Source: Candidatus Levybacteria bacterium RIFCSPHIGHO2_01_FULL_41_15 | GTDB lineage: Bacteria; Patescibacteriota; Microgenomatia; Levybacterales; UBA12049 | Direction: 5' to 3' | Length of the DNA: 64,000 nt | Assembly: GCA_001782165.1 (NCBI GenBank) | Contig: MFNV01000009.1 | Location: forward strand, 122,283-186,282 | Shown: in pieces, positions 9,963 to 18,266 of the stretch | How the letters are laid out: each line of letters opens with the position of its first letter | Position numbering within the stretch: the stretch's first letter is position 1 | The notes under the pieces: generated by a model | Told to the model about the DNA's origin: nothing | Databases searched by the model: none | The model's input: the letters and a program-made list of their open reading frames with translations, nothing else | Translations under genes and position numbers: made by a program

Positions 9963-11752
9963 TTAGTCAATATGTTTTTTACCGAGAGGCGATCTTCCCG
10001 ATCTGTATCCCAGACACCCCATGGTTCCCAGCTGGCCCAGTTTTCGCGTATTTCACTTGCTTTGAGTATGTTTTGGGTGGGGTTTTTCCAGTTGGACTCG
10101 CAGGCATTTCTCAAAGGAAGGCTTAAAATGTTATCGCAGGACTGATCGCCCCAGGCACCTGCCCCATATGCACCCGAGCAGTGGGCGACTGCATTTATTT
10201 GGAAAAGACCGATGCTGTAGTCGTTGGTTTGGCAATTGTCGTTTATTTTAAATGGATAACCTCCGCTCTCCGACTCGCATATCAAAGATGCGGTAAGGGC
10301 CTTTATCGGATCATTTCCAAAATAGGGCAAAAGATTGGCTACCGAGCAATAACCAGTCCCTTCGTATTGTTGTGTGCATGTGTTGCTTGATGTATTGCTT
10401 GATACAATGCACATTCCAAGTTCCTTGTCTGCCGCAACCCATCCTGGCCGTGTGTCCGTGCTTCCTGCGGGAGCAGATTCTGGATTTGGAATGTCTTTTC
10501 CCATAGAGATATGGACATGATCAATTGCGCTTGATCCAACAATTGTCCCTGAGGGATAAGACCTCCCGGGTTGCAAGCCAGTAAATCCGATGTGGCCTAG
10601 AAATAAAGTCCAGTTCTTGTTCCCTTCTAGATAACTGACAAAAACAAACTCCTTACCGCAGCTTCCATTAACTGGTTTTGTACAGTCATTTTTTTTAAGA
10701 TCAAAACGGTTAGCAAAAACCCAGTTTACACTTTTTCCTTCAATTGCTGGTAGAATTATGTTTTTTCCCTCTGTGGGGACGTCAATTGACTTTGCCCGTC
10801 TCGAGTTTGGGTCGCATTCTACTGGATAATTAGTTCCGCAGTGTCCATTCACAGTATCTGCCTGATATGAACCAAAAGAAACTGTTCCACCTGGAACAGG
10901 GCAGCTTGCAATTGATATAGCCGGATTTGGAGTAGTAGCAGGATTTGCCGACCCGCTACCACCGCCGGTTGCCACGATTATTATTATAACAAAGATAACT
11001 ATTATAAGAATAACTGCAGTAATAATCCATCCCACAGGATTTGATTCTGCAGCGACCACTCCGGTTCCGACGGCAGCTACCCCTCCTGTGGCTGCTGCAG
11101 CACCCGCTCCCGCTCCAACAGCTCCTGCTCCTGCGCCGACTGTTCCCACGCCCACAGCGGCAGTCCCTGCGCCAGCACCTGCTGCTCCGGTCCCTACTCC
11201 AGCAGCACCGACTCCTACTCCAGCTCCCATAGCTGCAGCTTCGCCAGCACCAGCGCCCACGCCTGTAGCAGCTGTGAGGCCTGTTCCTGTACCCACTTCC
11301 AAGCCAGCAGCCGCTCCCACCTCAGCACCTGTGCTAATCCCAACGCCTGCAGCTTCAGCTCCTGCACCAGCGCTAATTGCCTCAACTCCCGCTGACTCTG
11401 CTGTTGCAGTCTCAATAATTGAACCTGCCTCGGTTCCTGCAAGCGGAGCTTCCGTAGTAATTTCTGCCCCAGCGGTTTCAGCGCCAACAGAAGGTTCAAT
11501 GGCTGATTCTTCCGCAACGGCAGTTTCCCCAGGAACCGCAGCTGTTTCAGCTTCTGGGGCAGTTCGGATTTCAGAAGGTGTTTCAACTGCGGTCTCAGTG
11601 GTTTCCTTAATTTCTCCTTTGGTTTTGCCTCGCAGGCGTTTGATAAAATCTACGGCCCTTTTTAAAAACCTATATCTGTCATACCACCTGAAGCCCTTTT
11701 CTATACGACTTTCCTGTCTTTCTTCTTTTGGATTTTCCCCTGTTTTCTCCAT
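9944..11752 (-). CDS. membrane-anchored cell-wall hydrolase: M23/LytM-like + GH23 lytic transglycosylase (VirB1-like), with Ala/Gly/Thr-rich cytoplasmic tail
   Basis: 602 aa. The N-terminal ~230 aa are low-complexity (AG/TG/EA repeats), then one TM (WIITAVILIIVIFVIIIIV). An M23-like block follows (SIDVPTEGKNIILPAIEGKSV ... GHIGFTGLQPG ... HVHISM), then the SLT signature ESESGGYP...YSIGLFQIN. Confidence 0.6.
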   Translation of the reverse strand: MEKTGENPKEERQESRIEKGFRWYDRYRFLKRAVDFIKRLRGKTKGEIKETTETAVETPSEIRTAPEAETAAVPGETAVAEESAIEPSVGAETAGAEITTEAPLAGTEAGSIIETATAESAGVEAISAGAGAEAAGVGISTGAEVGAAAGLEVGTGTGLTAATGVGAGAGEAAAMGAGVGVGAAGVGTGAAGAGAGTAAVGVGTVGAGAGAVGAGAGAAAATGGVAAVGTGVVAAESNPVGWIITAVILIIVIFVIIIIVATGGGSGSANPATTPNPAISIASCPVPGGTVSFGSYQADTVNGHCGTNYPVECDPNSRRAKSIDVPTEGKNIILPAIEGKSVNWVFANRFDLKKNDCTKPVNGSCGKEFVFVSYLEGNKNWTLFLGHIGFTGLQPGRSYPSGTIVGSSAIDHVHISMGKDIPNPESAPAGSTDTRPGWVAADKELGMCIVSSNTSSNTCTQQYEGTGYCSVANLLPYFGNDPIKALTASLICESESGGYPFKINDNCQTNDYSIGLFQINAVAHCSGAYGAGAWGDQSCDNILSLPLRNACESNWKNPTQNILKASEIRENWASWEPWGVWDTDREDRLSVKNILTKCGISF

Positions 11753-11768
11753 AAGTCAATAATGTAAA

Positions 11769-13784
11769 TTAAGTTTTATTAAAAACCGGAGGGGCTTGGG
11801 GCTGCGCAGCTTGCGGTGTAGGGGAGGGAGCTTCGGGGAGAGACTCAGGAGGTGGAGGTTGTTGGGATGGCTGGGAAGGAGCTTGCTCAACAGGATTTTC
11901 CGGAGGGGAAGCAGCTTCCGCCTGCTCCTGCGATTCTTTTTGCTGGATCAATTCCTGAGGGTTTGAGGTTATTATTGTGTGCTCAAAGGGTGCTGCAATA
12001 ACTTTTATCACAACATGACTTTGTCCTGCAAAAAACAAACCTTCTCCTACATCTGATGAAAGAAGAAGCTCTTTTTCTCCTTGTGAAAGGTAAAAAACTT
12101 TTGAGATAAGATCTATTTCTGTAGGAGACTGTTTAAGAAGCATCTGTATTGATGAATTTGATAAAACTGCATTTCCGTAGTCGGTCGATAAGAAATCCTG
12201 AACATCCTGAGTTGCGGTTGTTAAAGCAAGATAATATTTTCGAGCACGTTTTGCGATTCCATAAACAAAAGACGCTGAATCTTCATATTTCATTATATAC
12301 CAGGCCTCATCTAAGACAAGAAGTCTTTTTTTAAGGCTTTTTCTGATTCTTGTCCAGACAAAATCCAAAATAATGTGCATGGCAATGGGGCGAAGTTCAT
12401 CCTCCAAAGCCTTAATTGAAAAAACGGTGAATGGGTTTGTAATATCAAAATTAGACTGCTGATTGAAAATTCCGGAGAGGCTCCCCTTTATAAATTTTTC
12501 AAGCCTTAAGGCAAGTCCTTTTGCTGTCTGATCCTCCATACCAATTAGAACTTTATATAAGTCTTCCATCAAAGGAGGCTGATTTTTTTGAGTCGAAGGA
12601 TCTGCAGTTACCCCTTTTTGTCTATAGGTTTCAACAAGAGCGCGGTCCAAGATTGCATCCTCGCCTGCAGACAGCTCTCCCATGACTATCCGCAAAAGCC
12701 CATGAAGGGAGAGTATTTTAAGCCCCAGCTCATTTTCGCCTTCCTCATAAAGGCCCGAGAGGTCAAATGGATTTATCTTAATCGGATCGGATGGAGTAAA
12801 GGATACATGTTCTCCGCCCAGTGTTTTGGAAAGAGCTTCGTATTCCCCTTCAGGGTCTATTATTATAACTTCGGTCCCAAACATAAACTGTCTTATGGCC
12901 TCAAGTTTTATCAAGTATGACTTTCCTGCACCCGATTTGCCTAATACCACTTCATTTGCGTTTTCCAAAGAATATCTGTCAAAAACTATTAGTGATCCAT
13001 TCTGCTCATTTATTCCATACATGATTCCCTTATCTTGAGTAAGAGTTGCAGATGTGAAAGGGAAAGTAGAGGCAAGAGAAGTTGTATCCATGTTCCTTGC
13101 AATGTAAAGCTTGTCAACACTTTGTGGAAGGCAAGATTTGAATCCTTCTTCCATTTGAAGTGTGGCAGGTTTTGTTATAAGAAGAATAGAGGATAAGGTT
13201 GATGTGAGTTTTTTTGAGGCCACATCAAGATCCTGTATCGTTTCTGAAAAAAGTGTTATGTAAAGACCGAACTGGAAGAATCTTTCGACTCCCTTTGCCA
13301 GTTGTTCCTGAAGCGAAAGAGCATCTTCCAAAGCTGCCTGAACCTTGGGATCAACTATCTTTCCCTCCTCTGTCTGTGACGAGATTGTTGCTTCCATCTC
13401 GGCAATCTTTCTTCGGATATCAGAAAGCACGTCATTTGAGGAAGCAGGGTAGCAAAACATCGAAACATTCATTGAATGATCAAAATCAATAAGAGGAGAA
13501 AGCCAATTGGGCGAAACAAATCTTGGATAACCTACAACAAAAAAGGTCCTGTAATAAAAATCACCTACTCTTATAAAGTTGAAATCTACTTCAACCGAAG
13601 GTGGGGCAATAATATCAAGAAGGGAGGATGTCCCCTTTTCAAGAATTTTGATTCCCTTTGCTTCTATTGTTTTTGCACCCTGCCTGTCCATTTGTCCTGA
13701 GCTCAGGGTTGAAGGACCGGCAGGCAGATCCTGCAAAGGAGTTTGATTATTGGTTTTTTGTTTTTTGAAATTTAAGAATTTCAT
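11769..13784 (-). CDS. virB4: VirB4/TrbE/CagE-family type IV secretion ATPase
   Basis: 671 aa with Walker A VVLGKSGAGKSYLIK, Walker B LLVLDEAWYIM, and an upstream CagE_TrbE_VirB-like region (RVGDFYYRTFFVVGYP). The C-terminal tail is Pro/Gln-rich. Confidence 0.85.
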   Translation of the reverse strand: MKFLNFKKQKTNNQTPLQDLPAGPSTLSSGQMDRQGAKTIEAKGIKILEKGTSSLLDIIAPPSVEVDFNFIRVGDFYYRTFFVVGYPRFVSPNWLSPLIDFDHSMNVSMFCYPASSNDVLSDIRRKIAEMEATISSQTEEGKIVDPKVQAALEDALSLQEQLAKGVERFFQFGLYITLFSETIQDLDVASKKLTSTLSSILLITKPATLQMEEGFKSCLPQSVDKLYIARNMDTTSLASTFPFTSATLTQDKGIMYGINEQNGSLIVFDRYSLENANEVVLGKSGAGKSYLIKLEAIRQFMFGTEVIIIDPEGEYEALSKTLGGEHVSFTPSDPIKINPFDLSGLYEEGENELGLKILSLHGLLRIVMGELSAGEDAILDRALVETYRQKGVTADPSTQKNQPPLMEDLYKVLIGMEDQTAKGLALRLEKFIKGSLSGIFNQQSNFDITNPFTVFSIKALEDELRPIAMHIILDFVWTRIRKSLKKRLLVLDEAWYIMKYEDSASFVYGIAKRARKYYLALTTATQDVQDFLSTDYGNAVLSNSSIQMLLKQSPTEIDLISKVFYLSQGEKELLLSSDVGEGLFFAGQSHVVIKVIAAPFEHTIITSNPQELIQQKESQEQAEAASPPENPVEQAPSQPSQQPPPPESLPEAPSPTPQAAQPQAPPVFNKT

Positions 13785-14446
13785 ACCTGACTCCCCATTT
13801 TTATAATAGGGGTTTTAAGCTCATCGGTTATTTGATTAGTTTCGATGAGGGATCCGTTGAAGATCTCATAAAAAAGTTTGACCAGCTCTTCCTTCTGAAG
13901 AGTTTTTGCGCGAAGACCTAATCTTGCAAGCTGTGAGTGAACGGAGTCTCCCTTGGAATGAAGAGCTGCCTTTGCCTCTTCAAAAAAGGAGTCTTCGGAT
14001 ATTTGACCGGGCATAGCTTTTTTGGCTGCCCCAACCCCCTTTTCAAGATAGGAATATGGAATAACAATATAAAATTTTTTGTCAAGTACCGTATTTACTT
14101 TGACCAGCTCTCTTATAAAATCCCGGTAAAGCCTTATCTGGGAAGATAAAAGCTGATTTGTTGACCCCTGAGCCTGCTCTTCCAAAAGTTTTAAATAAGA
14201 GGAGATATCAAGCTTTTTGCTTCTTATAAATATCTGAATCGGGAAAGATAGGGAATTAAGAAGAGAAGCATAGGAAAAAACTTTTGTGTCCTGTTCTTCT
14301 TTTGAAAGAAGAGAGAAATTCGTGGCATTGACCTCAATTATAAAACAGGCATTTTTACCCGATAATATAACTATGTCCTCTTCGATTCCCTCAATTTCTA
14401 TAAATTTTTGCGTTGTTGCTCTCTTTTTTTGGGCAGTTTTAGTCAT
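13781..14446 (-). CDS. cytoplasmic T4SS-associated protein, unknown (resembles a VirB4 N-terminal domain)
   Basis: 221 aa with no TM. It is translationally coupled (4-nt overlaps) between the PrgI-like gene and virB4. The segment IEIEGIEEDIVILSGKNACFIIEVNATNFSLLSKEEQDTKVFSYASLLNSL resembles the N-terminal region of VirB4/TraC proteins. Confidence 0.35.
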   Translation of the reverse strand: MTKTAQKKRATTQKFIEIEGIEEDIVILSGKNACFIIEVNATNFSLLSKEEQDTKVFSYASLLNSLSFPIQIFIRSKKLDISSYLKLLEEQAQGSTNQLLSSQIRLYRDFIRELVKVNTVLDKKFYIVIPYSYLEKGVGAAKKAMPGQISEDSFFEEAKAALHSKGDSVHSQLARLGLRAKTLQKEELVKLFYEIFNGSLIETNQITDELKTPIIKMGSQV

Positions 14447-15654
14447 GATTTTTGAACGGGATTAAATAATTCTCTTCTAAGTTCTTCTCTTTTGTCAATT
14501 GAAATTATTTCAAGAGGCATTAAAACTTCACCTCTGGCTTCTATCTCAATAGTATCAAATTTATGTTCTCCCTTGGGATCTTCAAAAAATATAGTGTAAA
14601 CTCCGTTACCTAAGGGGGTTGCCGAAGCAAATTGACCTAAGACATTTGTTTTGAATGCTCTTACAGGATTTCCTTCCTCGTCTTTCACCTCAACAAGTAT
14701 ATTAGGAAGAGGATTATTTCTTGAGTCTTTTGCTATTCCCATAACCAAGTTTGGAACATCGGGAATAAAAGGGAGTCCTGCAGTTTTACTCAATTCTCTC
14801 GGAATTCTTCTTGCATGTTTTGTTTCAGGCTTGGGAGTTATAGTTGAGGGACTATAAATATTTTTTCCCTGCATCTTAAGTTTTTTTCTAAGCTCTATTA
14901 TTTGATTCTCCAAAATTTGTTTTTGTGAAGTCACCTCGCTTAAGACCTTTTCAATCTCAAGAATTTTTTGGTGGGCCATTTGGTATTGTTCTCCCGTCTC
15001 CTGTTTTTTTTCCAGATCCTTGGCTTCCTCAAGCTCTTTCTTGAGAACATCAGCCTTTTTGTCAAGCTCTTTTTCTTCCTCTTTTTTTTTGCCTTCGTCT
15101 GTTAAATTTACATTCTCTCTGATCTGATCTTCAAATATCTTTTCATAACCTCCCAAATTCTCCGATATGTCAGTTGGGGATCCTTTGCTCAAAGAAAGAA
15201 GAGAATTTAAAAAATTAAGCTCTTTTTCATCCAATTTATCTTTTGGTTTTTGGGGAAGATTTTTTAAAAACTCTTTAAGTTTTTGGGTGGAATCGGATGA
15301 AGTCATAAGCTTAGATACTGTTTGTACTTGACTTTCCTTGGGTGGCTTGGGGAACCACATATGACCACCTATTTTCTGATATATATACTGAGTTGGATTA
15401 AATAAAGCTTTTATGTAATTTGAAATCATAAGATCAAACGGCCGACCCTCAATAGGAACAAACGCCGCTCCCACCCCCAGGCCTACAAAAAGAAGAACGA
15501 GGGGGATTTTTATAAGGATAAAAATCGGGAGCGCAAAAGTTATCCAGCCTAGGACAACTCCTGTCGCAAGATAGGCAAATTGCTTAATGGTCATGTCCCC
15601 TATCAGCTTAAACTGAAAACCTGTAATATCTTGGGGAATAGGATGATTTTCCAT
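14443..15654 (-). CDS. PrgI/VirB3-like membrane protein fused to coiled-coil and C-terminal beta-sandwich domain
   Basis: 403 aa. N-terminal region (MTIKQFAYLATGVVLGWITFALP... then a second TM) resembles PrgI/VirB3-type small T4SS membrane components located directly upstream of VirB4. A K/E-rich coiled coil follows, and the C-terminus looks like a carboxypeptidase-regulatory-like fold. The true start is probably the Met at MTIKQ. Confidence 0.4.
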   Translation of the reverse strand: MENHPIPQDITGFQFKLIGDMTIKQFAYLATGVVLGWITFALPIFILIKIPLVLLFVGLGVGAAFVPIEGRPFDLMISNYIKALFNPTQYIYQKIGGHMWFPKPPKESQVQTVSKLMTSSDSTQKLKEFLKNLPQKPKDKLDEKELNFLNSLLSLSKGSPTDISENLGGYEKIFEDQIRENVNLTDEGKKKEEEKELDKKADVLKKELEEAKDLEKKQETGEQYQMAHQKILEIEKVLSEVTSQKQILENQIIELRKKLKMQGKNIYSPSTITPKPETKHARRIPRELSKTAGLPFIPDVPNLVMGIAKDSRNNPLPNILVEVKDEEGNPVRAFKTNVLGQFASATPLGNGVYTIFFEDPKGEHKFDTIEIEARGEVLMPLEIISIDKREELRRELFNPVQKS

Positions 15655-15964
15655 AATTTGAAAAGCAACTAGTTCCTAACCACTAGCGGCTAGTTGCTAT
15701 TTTTAACAGTGTATAACGTGAAAAAAATGCTTTCAAGACAGTCAAAATAGATCAAAAAAGAAAAAAAAGAGGCTAGTGTGAAAACTGAATAGTAAATCAC
15801 AAACTCTAAATAACAAATCCTAAATAATATTTAATTTCAAATGCTCAAAATCCAAAAAATTATTATATTCGAATTTTATACTTTGAATTTATCCTTCGAC
15901 GCTACTCAGGATGGTGAGCTTGTCGAACCATTTGGAGCTTGTAATTTTGGATTTAAGATTTAGT

Positions 15965-16342
15965 CTAATTGCAGTTTCCGAAGCCGAATTGTTTTATGCA
16001 GGAGACGCCAGTCAAAGCGCTTATAAAGTTTATTATTGCAAATGAAAGGAGAATTACAACAAGACCGATAATCGCATACGTAAGAGTTTCCCTTGCTTCT
16101 TTTACTTTATCCTCTGTTCCGCCTGACCTTATGTATTTGATTCCCGACCAGATGATGAAAAAAAGAGCTACTATTCCTCCTCCGACAAGCGCCCAGTTAA
16201 TAACATTCTGAAACACAGTCGGAATACACTGAAGAGTTGCGACGCTGTCTTTTACGCAATCTCCCCAGTCAACACCGGGAATGGTAATTCCGCCCCCTCC
16301 TCCGCCTGGAGGCGGAGGCAGTTTGGCAAGAAGTTTATCCAT
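15965..16342 (-). CDS. VirB2/TrbC-like T4SS pilin paralog 1
   Basis: 125 aa with two TM helices flanking IWSGIKYIRSGGTEDKVKEARETLTYAIIGL, a motif shared by all four paralogs. The N-terminus has a PPPPGGGGGG run. Confidence 0.6.
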   Translation of the reverse strand: MDKLLAKLPPPPGGGGGGITIPGVDWGDCVKDSVATLQCIPTVFQNVINWALVGGGIVALFFIIWSGIKYIRSGGTEDKVKEARETLTYAIIGLVVILLSFAIINFISALTGVSCIKQFGFGNCN

Positions 16343-16401
16343 AGTTTTAGATTAGCAAGAAAATTTTAAAAAAACAAGGAAAGATAGAGAAACTCTAAAT
16401 T

Positions 16402-16800
16402 TTACTGGAGCTTTAATGTGGGAAGAGTGAAGGTGGTTATGGTTTTACCGAGGAAGAATCCGACGACAAGATTCAAAATGAAGTATGCCAAAAAGACTAT
16501 TACAAGGCCGACGACTGCGGCAACAATCGTGTTTCTTGCAGCTTCGACATTAGTTTTATCTCCACCCGACAGAATCCACTTAATCCCTCCCCAAATTAAG
16601 AACCCTAATGCAATAAGAACCGCAAGTATGAAAAGAAGGGTAATAACATTTCCGACTACGTTCCCAAAATTACTTGATGTGAGTTTGCAAAGACCGGCGA
16701 AGTCGCCTGTGGGACAAGTGTCAACTGTATCAGCAAAAGCCAAAGCTGGGGAGAGAAGATAAGATGAAAATGCGGCTGTTGTAGCAATTAATTTTTTCAT
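16402..16800 (-). CDS. VirB2/TrbC-like T4SS pilin paralog 2 (with signal peptide)
   Basis: 132 aa with signal peptide MKKLIATTAAFSSYLLSPALAFA and the pilin core LIWGGIKWILSGGDKTNVEAARNTIVAAVVGL. Confidence 0.65.
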   Translation of the reverse strand: MKKLIATTAAFSSYLLSPALAFADTVDTCPTGDFAGLCKLTSSNFGNVVGNVITLLFILAVLIALGFLIWGGIKWILSGGDKTNVEAARNTIVAAVVGLVIVFLAYFILNLVVGFFLGKTITTFTLPTLKLQ

Positions 16801-16887
16801 CTTTAATTAAATGCTATATAGATTTTCACAGTTTGTCAAGCCCCGATTTAACAATTGAGCAATGGAACAATAGAGCAATTGGATTTT

Positions 16888-17196
16888 CTAGAAAATCCTT
16901 ATATTAAAGAATCCGAAAATAAAGTTTATCATAAAAAATGAAAAAAAAGCAATAATCAAACCTACAACAGAATAAGTCAGTCTAAGTCTTGCCTGTTCAA
17001 TTCTTTGTTTATCTCCGCCTGATGTTATCCATTGAATTCCTGCCTGAATCATATAAAAAAGAGCAAGAAAAATCGCCGCAAGAAGAAGCAAAGTAACTCC
17101 TCCCTGAATGATTTTTGAAATGTTCCCTCCTGTTGGAACCTCGCTAGGCGGCTCAATTTCCCGCCCTCCTATTGTAATAGCTATTTTATTTAACAT
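16888..17196 (-). CDS. VirB2/TrbC-like T4SS pilin paralog 3
   Basis: 102 aa with core MIQAGIQWITSGGDKQRIEQARLRLTYSVVGL. Confidence 0.6.
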   Translation of the reverse strand: MLNKIAITIGGREIEPPSEVPTGGNISKIIQGGVTLLLLAAIFLALFYMIQAGIQWITSGGDKQRIEQARLRLTYSVVGLIIAFFSFFMINFIFGFFNIRIF

Positions 17197-17250
17197 TTCT
17201 TATTTATCATTGATCATTAAAATCGTAAATTATAAATCATCAATCACGTT

Positions 17251-18180
17251 TTATTTTATAAAGTCTGGAATGCGTAAAATGTTAAATCCGATTACTTGAA
17301 GAATCACAAAGGAGAATATTATAAAAACAAGCCCTATTATCGCGGCAATTAGCTGATCCCGCGCTGCCTCCAAAGCTTCAGGTTTGCCCCGCGCTGCTAT
17401 AAGCTGATATCCCGAATAGATTATGAGAAGAAGTGCCAGTCCTCCTGAAAGAGAAAGAATAATACCAAAGATTGATTTTATAAGACCCGATGGATCTGTG
17501 CCAATATCTATTCCAAGGCCGGTTGTTACAGAAGTGCAGATTTTTATTTGTTTTTCATCTGTGGTTAAATTCCCTTCTTTATCAAATCCCTTGGAACAGG
17601 GTGGAGGAGGGGGGCTGGGATCAGGTTCTTCGGGTTTTGGCTTATCTGACTGAGGAGAGCAAATTGTATCATATTTCTCAATTTCCAACGTCCATGTCTG
17701 CAGAATTGTTTTTTTAAACTTATCCTTATCAAGGTTGGCTACTAACCCGCATGAATAAACCTTACACTCAGAATTAGCTGGATCGCAGAGTTGGGAATAA
17801 AGACATCTGTCATTATCAGTTAAACCAGAATCATCTCCGCATTTGCCATCAGAAGATATAGGAGGAAGACATCTATACACTCCGTCATTTTCCCTGCAGT
17901 TAAATTCCTGACATCCTGCATCTGTGCAGGGCTGGGTTGACAGGCAAAACGGCGAATTTTCATCGTTGCATTCTATAGGGGAGTTATAAGGATTCGTTTG
18001 GGGGGCAGGGCCTCCGCCTGTATCTCCTGTCTCTACTGCCAAAGAGGGCGGGGGTTTGAAAATTAAAATAAGGAGAATTATTACAACAACTCTTAGAATT
18101 TGTCCCACAATTTTATAGTAGACAAGTTGAGAATACTTTGCAAGAGCCGTCAAGCTATGCTTGGAATTTTCAATTTTCAA
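17251..18180 (-). CDS. Cys-rich ectodomain fused to C-terminal VirB2/TrbC-like pilin domain
   Basis: 309 aa. An N-terminal TM anchor is followed by a ~170-aa domain with ~22 Cys and a PPPPP linker. The C-terminal 70 aa are a pilin core (IIYSGYQLIAARGKPEALEAARDQLIAAIIGL). The start is a TTG embedded in a 7-nt x4 tandem repeat, so the 5' boundary is uncertain. Confidence 0.55.
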   Translation of the reverse strand: MKIENSKHSLTALAKYSQLVYYKIVGQILRVVVIILLILIFKPPPSLAVETGDTGGGPAPQTNPYNSPIECNDENSPFCLSTQPCTDAGCQEFNCRENDGVYRCLPPISSDGKCGDDSGLTDNDRCLYSQLCDPANSECKVYSCGLVANLDKDKFKKTILQTWTLEIEKYDTICSPQSDKPKPEEPDPSPPPPPCSKGFDKEGNLTTDEKQIKICTSVTTGLGIDIGTDPSGLIKSIFGIILSLSGGLALLLIIYSGYQLIAARGKPEALEAARDQLIAAIIGLVFIIFSFVILQVIGFNILRIPDFIK

Positions 18181-18266
18181 TTTTCAATTTTCAATGAATT
18201 TTTAATGTTTCAAGCTTTAAATTTTAAAAACTTAGATTTGATTTCAAATTTCAAATTTAAAATTAT

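Noticed and set aside
11088-11762. 224-aa plus-strand ORF, APAPAPTAPAPAP...
   Set aside because: An antisense-frame artefact of the GC-rich low-complexity tract inside the hydrolase gene. The same applies to 11041..11232 and 11215..11586.
18166-18193. CRISPR array or phase-variation switch at the pilin gene start
   Set aside because: The 7-nt x4 tandem array is far too short and spacer-less for CRISPR. An in-frame TGA two codons upstream means copy-number change would not alter the protein N-terminus. It is kept only within the general repeat finding.
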